NCBI GenBank assembly: GCA_050951545.1
Contig: JBMNJG010000007.1
Span: 384,001 to 448,000, forward strand
Length of the DNA: 64,000 bases
Direction of reading: 5' to 3'
Source: Limnochordia bacterium
Lineage (GTDB): Bacteria; Bacillota; Limnochordia; DTU080
The notes beneath the pieces are model-generated. The model saw only the letters and a program-made list of their open reading frames with translations. It was not told the DNA's origin and searched no databases. Positions 19,273 through 28,597 of the stretch are shown piece after piece. The position numbers and the translations under genes were made by a program. Within the stretch, counting starts at the first letter, position 1; each line of letters opens with the position of its first letter.

Positions 19273-20433
19273 ATGGAAGAGAAAGTGCTGGCGATCAAGG
19301 CGGCGTGTGTGATCACTCCTTTTGAAGAGCTGCGGCCGGGGATTGTACTTGTGCAAGGTGGCAAAGTCCTGATGGTGGGTCGCCTCGACCATGTAGCCAT
19401 ACCACACGATGCACAGGTGCTGGATGTGGGCGAGCGCATACTGGCTCCGGGTTTCGTGGATCTGCATATCCACGGTGCTGTTGGGCATCTGGCCAGCGAA
19501 GGCTCGGAAGCGGTTTTGGAAATAGCGCGCTATTTGGTGTCCACAGGCACCACAAGCTGGTTGCCGACTGTTGGTAGCATGCCGGGCGTGCTTGGGGTGG
19601 TGAAAGCTAGGCAGATGCAGCAGGAGGGCGCCTGTATCGCAGGTATTCACATGGAGGGTCCCTATCTCGCGCCCAAGCAACTGCCCCATGACAAGGCCGT
19701 GGAGCCGCCAGTCCCGACGGTGGAGGAGTTCCACTCTTTCCTAGAAGCAGCGCAAGGTCATCTCAGGATCATGGGTGTGGCACCCGAACTGGAGAATTCC
19801 CATAGGGTAGTTGGAGCCATGCGGCGGGCAGGAGTCGCTCCTGCTGTGGCCCACAGCAAGGCTGACTATGACACCTTTATGCGGGCTGTGGCCGCTGGTA
19901 TCCGTCATACGACACATGCCTACAACGTAATGACCGGGATGCATCATCGCAGACCCGGTATTGTGGGCGGCGTGCTGACCTGTGATCAACTCACAGCAGA
20001 GCTTATCGCGGATGGCTTCCACGTCCATCCGGTGGCGATGGATGTTCTCATTCGCTGCAAAGGGCCAGAGCGTGTAGCCCTGATAACAGACAGTGTGCGT
20101 TACCAGGGGCTGCCTGACGGGGACTACGGTCGAGTGGTTAAAGAGGGCGGCATTGTGCGTCTCAGGGGCTACGACAGTTCGGTAGATAACACGATGGCCG
20201 GTAGTGTCTGGCCTCTTAATCGTGGAGTGGCCAATGTAGCCCAACTTGGAGGCGTCAAGCTTCGTGATGCTATCCGCATGGCTTCGCTCACTCCGGCCAC
20301 GATTGCCGGCATCGCAGATCAGAAGGGGAGCATCGAGCCCGGCAAGGACGCTGACCTGACGGTCATCGATGAGCAGGTGCGGATCTACATGACTATCGTC
20401 GGCGGCACAGTGGTGTACGAGGCAGGCGCGTAG
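19273..20433 (+). CDS. nagA: N-acetylglucosamine-6-phosphate deacetylase
   Basis: PGFVDLHIHG, HMEGPY, THAYNVM, IADGFHVHP, LITDS. Confidence 0.85.
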   Translation: MEEKVLAIKAACVITPFEELRPGIVLVQGGKVLMVGRLDHVAIPHDAQVLDVGERILAPGFVDLHIHGAVGHLASEGSEAVLEIARYLVSTGTTSWLPTVGSMPGVLGVVKARQMQQEGACIAGIHMEGPYLAPKQLPHDKAVEPPVPTVEEFHSFLEAAQGHLRIMGVAPELENSHRVVGAMRRAGVAPAVAHSKADYDTFMRAVAAGIRHTTHAYNVMTGMHHRRPGIVGGVLTCDQLTAELIADGFHVHPVAMDVLIRCKGPERVALITDSVRYQGLPDGDYGRVVKEGGIVRLRGYDSSVDNTMAGSVWPLNRGVANVAQLGGVKLRDAIRMASLTPATIAGIADQKGSIEPGKDADLTVIDEQVRIYMTIVGGTVVYEAGA

Positions 20434-20490
20434 GCGTCTTCCTCCAGAAAAATCGGAGGCTGCCGACACGCGTACTCCAACAAAAGGTGG

Positions 20491-21444
20491 GTGCAGAGGT
20501 TGCAGCAGTGGTTGGCGATTGACATAGGTGGAACAAAGGTGGCAGGTGCTCTTGTCGGCGAGAACGGAGAGGTCTGCCACGCATGCAGTGAGCCGACGAA
20601 AGCGGCCGGAAATGCGCAGATGTCTGCGCAGCTGCAAGCACTCGCACGACGAGTATGCGCGGACGCGGCAGTCCCTGTAGAGGCGGTTGCAGGAGTCGGT
20701 GTGGCCGTACCCGGAGGCGTTAATAGGGAAAAGGGGATTGCGTCAGGTGGGGTTAACCTCGGCATTCGGTACCTGCCTGTGGCCGACATCTTCGCTGAGT
20801 TGACTTCTGCGCCTGTGGCCCTCGAGAACGACACCAATGCGGGCGCGCTGGGGGAGAAATGGTTTGGCGGCGGACGCGGGGTGGATGACTTTGCCTATAT
20901 GGCTGTCGGCACCGGGGTTGGTGGCGGGCTGATCTTGGGCGGACGTCTTTACTTAGGCAGTAGGGGCGCCGCAGGCGAAGTGGGACACTGTATAGTCGAT
21001 CCCAACGGTTTGCGCTGTCGGTGCGGAACGGTCGGTTGCCTAGAAGGCATGACCTCGGGCGTAGGGATGCCTCTTCTGGCCGCGAAGCTTCTAGGGGAGC
21101 AGCAGGCGCGTCTCTTGGGTAAGGGCGAGTTGCCGCAGCCTCCTCTTATCTATGCCGCCGCGGCCGCTGGTGACGCCGGGGCTTCTCGCGTGGTGGTCGA
21201 GGTGGGAAGGCTCTTGGCCGTGTCTGTCGTCGGCCTGTTTCGCTTACTGGACGTCGAGCGAGTGATTGTGGGGGGCGGAGTGGCTAGCGTGGGCCCAGTT
21301 TTCCTGGATGCGATCTATAAGGGAGCGGCTGCTCTTGGCTATGACCGTCTCAGTGATGGGGCAGTGATCCTGTCTCCGCTTGGATCAAAAGCAAACCTAC
21401 TGGGCGCGGCAGCAGTGGTCCGAGAGAAAGCTTCTAGGAGATAA
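20491..21444 (+). CDS. ROK family sugar kinase
   Basis: AIDIGGTK, ENDTNAGALGE, GTGVGGG, GEVGH, CRCGTVGCLE. Confidence 0.9.
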   Translation: MQRLQQWLAIDIGGTKVAGALVGENGEVCHACSEPTKAAGNAQMSAQLQALARRVCADAAVPVEAVAGVGVAVPGGVNREKGIASGGVNLGIRYLPVADIFAELTSAPVALENDTNAGALGEKWFGGGRGVDDFAYMAVGTGVGGGLILGGRLYLGSRGAAGEVGHCIVDPNGLRCRCGTVGCLEGMTSGVGMPLLAAKLLGEQQARLLGKGELPQPPLIYAAAAAGDAGASRVVVEVGRLLAVSVVGLFRLLDVERVIVGGGVASVGPVFLDAIYKGAAALGYDRLSDGAVILSPLGSKANLLGAAAVVREKASRR

Positions 21445-21489
21445 GAAAAACGGGGGTGCCATGTGTGGCGCCCCCACTGTTACTTAGCC

Positions 21490-22095
21490 CTACTTCACGA
21501 TCGTCACTTTGGTCATCTGATCGCCAACCCGTATCTCGTCCACGACATCCAGTCCGCTGGTCACTTTGCCGAACACTGCGTACTGACCATCGAGCCCGGA
21601 CGCATCCTCTCGCAGGATGTAAAACTGGGAACCTGCGGAGTCAGGATCGCTCTTGCGCGCCATGGCGAGAGCACCGCGCACGTTCTTCAGCTGTGGACTC
21701 GTCTCTAACTTGATGGTGTAGCCCGGCCCTCCGGTACCTGTGCCAAGCGGATCACCGCCCTGGATCACCCAGTCTTCAACGCGGTGAAACTTGAGCCCGT
21801 CGTAGAAGCCGTTTTCGGCTAACTTAACAAAGTTGGCCACCGTTACTGGCATCAGATCAGCTTGCAGGTCGAGTTCAATCTTTCCCTTACTAGACTCAAT
21901 CGTAGCGCGGATGGTACCAGCCTGTTTCACTGAAGCGACCTCCTGCTCCGTTGGTGGAGTACGCGCAGCACTTGAATCTGGCATGCCAATGTCGGGAGGA
22001 GGAGGGCTCGGTCGGCGCATGTTGACGATGACGGCAATGAGCACTACCAGAACCGCTGCCACTGCGACAATCACGGCTAGCTTCTTTCTGTCCAT
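21490..22095 (-). CDS. Membrane-anchored cyclophilin-type peptidyl-prolyl isomerase
   Basis: N-terminal TM helix; FYDGLKFHRV, QGGDP, GALAMAR, GSQFYI, YAVFGKV. Confidence 0.92.
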   Translation of the reverse strand: MDRKKLAVIVAVAAVLVVLIAVIVNMRRPSPPPPDIGMPDSSAARTPPTEQEVASVKQAGTIRATIESSKGKIELDLQADLMPVTVANFVKLAENGFYDGLKFHRVEDWVIQGGDPLGTGTGGPGYTIKLETSPQLKNVRGALAMARKSDPDSAGSQFYILREDASGLDGQYAVFGKVTSGLDVVDEIRVGDQMTKVTIVK

Positions 22096-22116
22096 GGTCA
22101 TCCCTCCAAGACACCG

Positions 22117-23457
22117 TCAGTTTCCTGACGCTCGCTTTTCGAAAAAGGACATCGCCACCTGCGGAAATAGGACATAACTCAATATATCTTGTTCTTGGCG
22201 AGCATACTCTTTGATCTCCTGACGGGCGCTCTCCATCTGAGGCTCTAGCTGATCGGCGGGTCTACCCGTGAAGACTTCTTCATCGCCGATGATCTTCTTG
22301 CGTATCTCGTCGGAGATGGGGGCTGGGGAACGGCCATACAGACCGCGTACGTAGTCTCGGATCTCCTTCGAACAGATAGAGTAGCGGCCACCCGATGCTA
22401 CGTTGAGCACAGCTTGCGTGCCGACGATTTGGCTCATGGGCGTCACCAAGGGAGGGTAGCCCAAGTCGGCGCGGACGCGCGGTACTTCGTCGAAGACTTC
22501 CTGCAGCTTGTCAGACAGGCCTTGCTGTTTGAGTTGCGAGCGCAGGTTGGAGAGCATACCACCGGGCACTTGGTAGGTGAGGATCTCAGTCTGCACCTGC
22601 ACAGGGGCGGCGAAATCTGCATATCGTTCGCGCACTGCGGTAAAGTGCTGGTTGAGCTCAGTGAGCAGGCTGAGATCAAGGCCCGTATCGTAGGGTGTGC
22701 CCCTCAAGGCTGCTACCAGCGGTTCGGTAGGCGGTTGCGAACTGCCCAGGGCCAAGCTGGAGAGTGCCGTGTCTACGATGTCAACTCCAGCTTCGATAGC
22801 CTTGAGATAGGACATGGAGCCCATACCGCTTGTGTAATGAGTGTGCAGAGCAATAGGCAGATCAAAATTCGCTTTGAGCTGTGTAACCAATTCTGATGCT
22901 CCGTAGGGGTCAATAAGACCCGCCATGTCTTTGATGCAGATCGAGTGGACACCCTCTGCTTTCAGTTCCTCTGCGATCTTGAGGTAATGCTCGACGTTAT
23001 GTACGGGGCTCTTCGTATAGCATATGGCGCCCTGAGCGTGAGCTCCGTATTCCAGGGTAGCGGCTATGGCCGTGCGCATATTGCGGACGTCGTTAAGAGC
23101 GTCAAAGATGCGAACGATACGAATGCCGTCTTGTACGGCGTACTTGACGAAAGCCTTCACTACATCGTCTGGGTAGTGGCGGTAGCCCAGCAAGTTTTGC
23201 CCGCGTAGAAGCATCTGCAAAGGAGTATTGCGCACTCGCACCCTGAGGCTACGCAGTCTTTCCCAGGGGCATTCATTGAGAAAACGCAGGGCTGTATCAA
23301 AGGTAGCTCCGCCCCATGCTTCGAGAGAGTAGTAGCCCACATGATCGAGTTTCTCGGCAACGCACAGCATGTCGTCAGTTCGCATGCGCGTGGCGAGCAG
23401 CGACTGGTGAGCGTCCCGTAATACGGTCTCCGTAATAGCTACGTGGCCTTTGGTCAT
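22117..23457 (-). CDS. oadA: Oxaloacetate decarboxylase alpha / pyruvate carboxyltransferase subunit (no fused biotin domain)
   Basis: LRDAHQSLLATRM, EAWGGATFD, IKDMAG, HTH, YPPLVTPMSQIVG. Confidence 0.85.
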   Translation of the reverse strand: MTKGHVAITETVLRDAHQSLLATRMRTDDMLCVAEKLDHVGYYSLEAWGGATFDTALRFLNECPWERLRSLRVRVRNTPLQMLLRGQNLLGYRHYPDDVVKAFVKYAVQDGIRIVRIFDALNDVRNMRTAIAATLEYGAHAQGAICYTKSPVHNVEHYLKIAEELKAEGVHSICIKDMAGLIDPYGASELVTQLKANFDLPIALHTHYTSGMGSMSYLKAIEAGVDIVDTALSSLALGSSQPPTEPLVAALRGTPYDTGLDLSLLTELNQHFTAVRERYADFAAPVQVQTEILTYQVPGGMLSNLRSQLKQQGLSDKLQEVFDEVPRVRADLGYPPLVTPMSQIVGTQAVLNVASGGRYSICSKEIRDYVRGLYGRSPAPISDEIRKKIIGDEEVFTGRPADQLEPQMESARQEIKEYARQEQDILSYVLFPQVAMSFFEKRASGN

Positions 23458-23494
23458 CAGCTTACCCGCTCCTCTGTAAATCCTTCCACGAGTA

Positions 23495-23890
23495 CTACTC
23501 CTTGACTGTGACCAAGACTGTGCCAGTGTTGGCAACCGTCCCCTCTTGAGCGAAGACGCCTGTTACCACACCCGCGACGGGGGAAACTATCTCATTCTCC
23601 AACTTGAGTGCTTCGATAGTCAGCAGCACTTGGCCTCGGGTCACTTCATCACCCGGCTTGACGAGAACGCGCAACACCTGGCCTGTTAGCGGAGCCTTTA
23701 CTTCTACACCGTCAGCGAGGCCCTGGTCAGCGATCGCTGTTTGTGGAGCTTCCTGAGCAACAGGCGGCGCTGGCTGCGCACCGTCTTGCTCGTCGGACAG
23801 ATCGACTACGGAGAGCTGCCCATTTCCTGCAAGCTCCTGCACCTCGACGACGAATTGCTTTCCGTTGACGCTAACCTGATATCTTTTCAA
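23495..23890 (-). CDS. Biotin/lipoyl carrier protein
   Basis: YQVSVNGKQFVVEV; APLTGQV...IEALKLENEI (ALKL variant of AMKM). Confidence 0.85.
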   Translation of the reverse strand: MKRYQVSVNGKQFVVEVQELAGNGQLSVVDLSDEQDGAQPAPPVAQEAPQTAIADQGLADGVEVKAPLTGQVLRVLVKPGDEVTRGQVLLTIEALKLENEIVSPVAGVVTGVFAQEGTVANTGTVLVTVKE

Positions 23891-24173
23891 TCCGGATACG
23901 CCCTCCCTGTTTGGTGCCCACCGCGCCCATAGCGGTTAGCGTGGCCATAATGGCGGCCACTTCTTCATCATGTGTGCTGGACACGGTGGCTAGATCATCT
24001 GTAGCAGGTCTGGAGACTGAGCCTTCGTCCTCGCTTCGGGCAGTGAACCACGTAAGCAGGCTGATGGCACCTCGCAGCAAGGCCAAGGCGACAAACGTGG
24101 TGATAATACCCGTAAGGGAAAGGCGCAGAGCGGCAATCATAGTGTTCATGAGGCGCTGGCCGAGCTCTCTCAC
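23871..24173 (-). CDS. OadG-like (decarboxylase gamma) membrane subunit, start uncertain
   Basis: Single TM helix (GIITTFVALALL) then EEVAAIMA motif; in operon with biotin carrier and oadA. Confidence 0.6.
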   Translation of the reverse strand: MRELGQRLMNTMIAALRLSLTGIITTFVALALLRGAISLLTWFTARSEDEGSVSRPATDDLATVSSTHDEEVAAIMATLTAMGAVGTKQGGRIRIEKISG

Positions 24174-24316
24174 TCCGCCAGCGGCTTCACCTCCTTGGCG
24201 AGACTCCCTGCGTTGCACAATCGGCGTGAGCCTCCTGCAATACAGTATACCTCATCCTCGGTGATTTCCAGGGAGTAATGTCCCACAGTAGGCTACCATG
24301 CTTCGCTCCCCGCGGG

Positions 24317-24343
24317 ACACATCAAAGGCACTGGCCATATCAT
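24317..24343 (+). promoter_or_regulatory. Possible SigK/SigE-type promoter
   Basis: ACA-N16-CATATCAT upstream of the amidoligase/YheC-D cluster. Confidence 0.3.
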
Positions 24344-24444
24344 GTGCAGTGAACGGCACTTGGTTCCTAGGATCCGGATACGCCTTCTAGCCACAGCTTC
24401 CCTATCGATGATCATCGTCGAAGTATTCCCAGAGGAGATTGCTC

Positions 24445-25851
24445 ATGTCGAATCTCTTCCTGTACGAAGACGAGAGTGTCAGGAACCTCATGGAGCAGTA
24501 CCTCACGGACTGGATCTTTGCTCGTCAGCCACTTAAGACGGAGAGTGACATTGTCGTGCGATGGGGCAACGAAAGCGCTCCTGAAATGTACCCGCTAGCG
24601 CTCAATCCCGTTCATGGCAGTCAAACGGCCAGAGCGGGGCGCTTGTTCCGGCGCATCATGAAGCTGTCGGGTATCACTACGTCTTCGCAGGTCGATGAGG
24701 GGGTGGAGCCGCCCTGGAAGGCCAACCCCCGTAACCTGCGTCACCGCTTTCAGATCGGTGTGTTCGATATGTCGGTGATCTTCTTTCGTGAGGAGATGGC
24801 CACCGGGGCCAAGGCCACCTCCGGAGTGCGTAGCAGCGAGGTTCGCCGACTGAAAGAGCTGGCCATGCGTGCCGTCTACGCGTCTGGTCTCGACTTTGGT
24901 GTGGTGCATGCGGGCGTAGAGCGCAAGACGCGTGAACTCGTGATTCTAGGGGTAGATCCGGCCCCGCGTCTGGCAGCCAACACAGCGTTGCGTTTTGCTG
25001 GGGGCATGTTGCGCTACGCGAGTGCCATAAATTCGGTGAAGGGCAAGATGCGTAGCAAAAGCTTAGCCATCGGTCTCGGTGCTGATCCCGAGTTTACGCT
25101 GGCCAAGCGAGATGGCGGTCGGGCCTTTGCCTCAGACTATCTGCCTGTAGCCGGATCAGTGGGCTGCGAGATGCAGCCCGCACAGTTCAACGGCCGTTCA
25201 CACAAGCCTGTAGCCGAGTTGCGGCCCAACTATGCGCTAAGTCCTATCCGCCTTTTCAACAATCTCAAGCAGACAGTGGATAGGGCCAATCAGCTGATCC
25301 CTCCGGGAATTGTCTGGCTGGCGGGGAGTGTGCCTGACGGGACTTTCCCCACGGGTGGACACATTCATTTTAGCCGCATACCTCTATCGACACGTCTTCT
25401 GCGGTCCCTAGACAGCTACTTGGCTGCGCCCCTGCTTCTCGTGGAGGATCCCGCCCGCACTATCATCCGGCGGCCGCGCTACGGTTTCCTCGGCGACATC
25501 CGCGTGAAGTCGCACGGTGGTTTTGAGTACCGTACTCCATTCTCGTGGCTACACAACCCAGTCTTGGCGAGGGGAACCCTCTGCTTAGCCTATGTGGTCG
25601 CTCGGGAGCACTTGCTGCTTACTCAGAATCTGTTCGCCGATCCTCTGTACATAGAGGCTTTCTATGCCGCCGAAAAGGGGCCTTTTCGACAGAGACTCGA
25701 TGCGCTGTGGGCGGATCTCGAAGGAACACCCAGCTTTGACACCTACCGCAAGTCGCTTAGCGAATTGCGGGCCCTGATAGACTCCGGCTGGGTGGTGGAC
25801 GAAGGCGCAGATTTCCGGCGGGTGTGGTTCGGCGAAAAAGGGAGGGTGTGA
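24445..25851 (+). CDS. Putative amidoligase (phiEco32-like COOH-NH2 ligase type 2) with degenerate N-terminal ATP-grasp-like region
   Basis: LGADPEF, AELRP, GGHIHFS, HGGFEYRT motifs; GLDFGVV...DPAP upstream. Confidence 0.8.
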   Translation: MSNLFLYEDESVRNLMEQYLTDWIFARQPLKTESDIVVRWGNESAPEMYPLALNPVHGSQTARAGRLFRRIMKLSGITTSSQVDEGVEPPWKANPRNLRHRFQIGVFDMSVIFFREEMATGAKATSGVRSSEVRRLKELAMRAVYASGLDFGVVHAGVERKTRELVILGVDPAPRLAANTALRFAGGMLRYASAINSVKGKMRSKSLAIGLGADPEFTLAKRDGGRAFASDYLPVAGSVGCEMQPAQFNGRSHKPVAELRPNYALSPIRLFNNLKQTVDRANQLIPPGIVWLAGSVPDGTFPTGGHIHFSRIPLSTRLLRSLDSYLAAPLLLVEDPARTIIRRPRYGFLGDIRVKSHGGFEYRTPFSWLHNPVLARGTLCLAYVVAREHLLLTQNLFADPLYIEAFYAAEKGPFRQRLDALWADLEGTPSFDTYRKSLSELRALIDSGWVVDEGADFRRVWFGEKGRV

Positions 25852-25854
25852 GCT

Positions 25855-27201
25855 ATGTATCGCGTGCGCCTGAATACGGTTAAGAGTCCATCCGCTTGCG
25901 GGCTGTACCTGCCCGCGCGCGTTCTCGAAGGCCTGCAAGTGGTGCCGGGAAATCATGTGGAGGTGCAGGTGGGGTCCAGGGTGGCTCGAACGGTCATCGG
26001 TGCTCTGCCACGTACGTGTATCAGTAGTGATCTGAAGCGGAGACTGCGTTTGCCTCTGGGAGTGCTGCGCCTGCATGTGAGGCGGCGGGGAGAACGTCTG
26101 CAGCTCGGCCCTTTTCTAGGAATTCTGGGGCGGCCTCAGACCAGTAGCCCGTACGGCGAGCAGACGGCATTCTTTCGCCGTCTCATCGCTCGGGCGAAGG
26201 TCATGCACATCTACGCTTATGTGTTTGCTCCCGGCGACGTTAGTACCAATGCCGCAACAGTGATGGGGCATCGGCCTTACAAGAACTCAACCAGCTGGGT
26301 CACTCGGCGTTGCCCTGTGCCTGATGTTGTCTTTGATCGCGGTTTCTTTCGGGGCGTGGATCGGGTGCGAGCGGCGAAGATGCGGCTGAAGCTCGTGAAC
26401 GAATTCGGAGTCAAGCTGTTCAACACCGATATCGGTAGCAAGTGGGACGTGCACCAGAAGCTGTTGGCGGAAGAGGGGCTCGAGGCGTTCTTGCCAGAGA
26501 CCGCGGTTGCCGATTCACAGAGCATCAGGCGCTTGCTAGATCAGTACCGTGTGATCTACGCCAAACCAGTCTTTGGTAACCAGGGGCGCAGTGTCTTTCG
26601 GGTGCGCTATCGGCGCAACAAAGTGGCTTATGAAGCTCATCTGCGGCGCGGGAAAGTGGTAAGAGCCTCTGTTCCGACCACAGTCGAACTGACGGAAGCG
26701 CTCAAGGCTACAGGAGAGAGATGCCCGTTCATCGCACAGCAGGGGCTCAATCTGACGAGAGTGCAGGGGCGCACGACCGATCTGCGAGCTCTGGTGCAGA
26801 GGGATCGCTCTGGTGCGTGGCGCTTAACTGGAGTGGGGGTGCGTATTGGAGGTCGCTCAAATGTGGTCTCCAACCTGCACGCTGGGGGTAGCGCGGCCAA
26901 ACTCGATGTGCTCATACCCAGACCCGGGCGGCGGGCCAAGGTGGAGGAGCTGGGAAAACGCATCGAGGATCTGGTGCTCAAGGTGGCAGAGGTCCTTGGC
27001 CGCCACCACTTGCTGGGCGAGCTGGGCATTGACCTGGGTCTGGATACCGACGGCAGGCTGTGGGTGATCGAGGTAAACTTGCGTCCCGGCAGGGCCACTT
27101 TCAGACGTGCAGGGCTGATGGAGGCCTGGCGGCGGTCAGGGCGGGCCCCATTGGAGTTTGCTCTGCATCTGTGGGAGGCGAACGAAGATGCAGACGACTG
27201 A
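25855..27201 (+). CDS. YheC/YheD family ATP-grasp protein
   Basis: PVPDVVFDR, SKWDVH, LPET, YAKP..G..G, DLRALVQR, SNLHAGG, GELGIDLG, IEVNLRPG. Confidence 0.88.
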   Translation: MYRVRLNTVKSPSACGLYLPARVLEGLQVVPGNHVEVQVGSRVARTVIGALPRTCISSDLKRRLRLPLGVLRLHVRRRGERLQLGPFLGILGRPQTSSPYGEQTAFFRRLIARAKVMHIYAYVFAPGDVSTNAATVMGHRPYKNSTSWVTRRCPVPDVVFDRGFFRGVDRVRAAKMRLKLVNEFGVKLFNTDIGSKWDVHQKLLAEEGLEAFLPETAVADSQSIRRLLDQYRVIYAKPVFGNQGRSVFRVRYRRNKVAYEAHLRRGKVVRASVPTTVELTEALKATGERCPFIAQQGLNLTRVQGRTTDLRALVQRDRSGAWRLTGVGVRIGGRSNVVSNLHAGGSAAKLDVLIPRPGRRAKVEELGKRIEDLVLKVAEVLGRHHLLGELGIDLGLDTDGRLWVIEVNLRPGRATFRRAGLMEAWRRSGRAPLEFALHLWEANEDADD

Positions 27202-28579
27202 GACGCAGATGGCGCAGATCATCACTCATGAGGCCAAGGCGAAATCCACGGAGCGCGTCATATCTTTCCCAGCGGCACTCGCCGAACGTTTCTCGCTTCT
27301 GCCTGGGAGCAAAATCCCTCTAAAGGTGGGCAAGGTCGCCACAGAAGTGGTGGTTCGTGTTGACGACTCTTCGGCCGCCGATTCTGCTCAGGTGAGTCTC
27401 AGTGCCAACCTCTTCCAGAAGCTGGGCATCACGGCTAAGAGTCGTCTACACGCACTGCGAACTACGTCGGGAGTTCGCTTAGGTCCTATCGTGGGTATTT
27501 TGGCCCCGCGTCGTTCAGGGCTGGCCAGACCGTATCAGGCGCAGACCAGTCTGTTTAGGCGGGTGATCGTGGCAGGCGAGGAATTGGGCGTGCTGGTTTA
27601 CGTCTTTGATTTTCACGATATCAGGTGGACGGAGCGCAGGGTGCGGGGCTACACCTTCTCTCAGGGACGCTGGGTAGTGAGGCGCTACCCTCTACCCGAC
27701 GTGGTCTTTGACCGGGCCACCGGTGTTTTTCCAGGCGGGAGTCTGCACGCAGACAAGGCGCGCCATCGCCTCGTCCGCACCTTTGGGGTTAAGCTGTTTA
27801 ACACCCGCCTCGGAGGCAAGATGCGCATGCACAGACTGATGCGGGCTGATGAGCTGTTGCGCAAGCATCTGCCTGTGACACGCCGGGTACAGGGAAGCGA
27901 GGTGGTAGCCCAGCTGGTGGCGGGGCATGGAGGTGTCTACCTCAAGCCGCAAAACGGAGCACAAGGCAAGGGGATTATCCGTTTGCGGCGTGCCAAAAAA
28001 GGCGTCACATACACCTTAACGACGAGAGACTACACACAGGTGCGAGGGCATGCGGCTAGTGTGGCTGGCGCGCTTGGCAGCTTGCGCCGTCGTGTATCGC
28101 TCTCTAACTACTTGGTGCAACCCGATCTAAACCTGCTGCGCTTGAATGGCCGCATATGTGATGTGCGGGTGCTGGTGCAAAAGGATGTTGACGGCGCCTG
28201 GCACATCACCGGAGTGGCGGTGCGGGCAGGGGCCGCGGGCCGTGTCATCTCGAATCTGCATGGGGGAGGGCGTTCGTTGCGCCTGGAGCGCTTGCTGCAG
28301 AGCGCCTTAGGAGCTGACGAAGAGACGACGCATCAGTTGCAGGAAGAGATTGGGAACCTGGCCATACGCATAGCCGAAGTTCTCGATCGCTCGACTCCTT
28401 GTTTGGGCGAGCTAGGTGTGGACCTGGGAGTGGATCGAACAGGGCGAATCTGGATCATTGAAGCGAACTCGCGTACCGGGCGTGCCGTTTTCCGGAGGTG
28501 TGGCATGCACGACGCAGCCCGCCTGGCAGACAGACGTCCACTGCTTTTTGCGATGTACCTTGCAGGCTTTACTACGTAA
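27188..28579 (+). CDS. YheC/YheD family ATP-grasp protein
   Basis: GPIVGIL, PLPDVVFDR, YLKPQNGAQGKG, DVRVLVQK, GELGVDLG, IEANSR. Confidence 0.88.
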   Translation: MQTTETQMAQIITHEAKAKSTERVISFPAALAERFSLLPGSKIPLKVGKVATEVVVRVDDSSAADSAQVSLSANLFQKLGITAKSRLHALRTTSGVRLGPIVGILAPRRSGLARPYQAQTSLFRRVIVAGEELGVLVYVFDFHDIRWTERRVRGYTFSQGRWVVRRYPLPDVVFDRATGVFPGGSLHADKARHRLVRTFGVKLFNTRLGGKMRMHRLMRADELLRKHLPVTRRVQGSEVVAQLVAGHGGVYLKPQNGAQGKGIIRLRRAKKGVTYTLTTRDYTQVRGHAASVAGALGSLRRRVSLSNYLVQPDLNLLRLNGRICDVRVLVQKDVDGAWHITGVAVRAGAAGRVISNLHGGGRSLRLERLLQSALGADEETTHQLQEEIGNLAIRIAEVLDRSTPCLGELGVDLGVDRTGRIWIIEANSRTGRAVFRRCGMHDAARLADRRPLLFAMYLAGFTT

Positions 28580-28597
28580 AAGGATTGGGGCTGGAGT

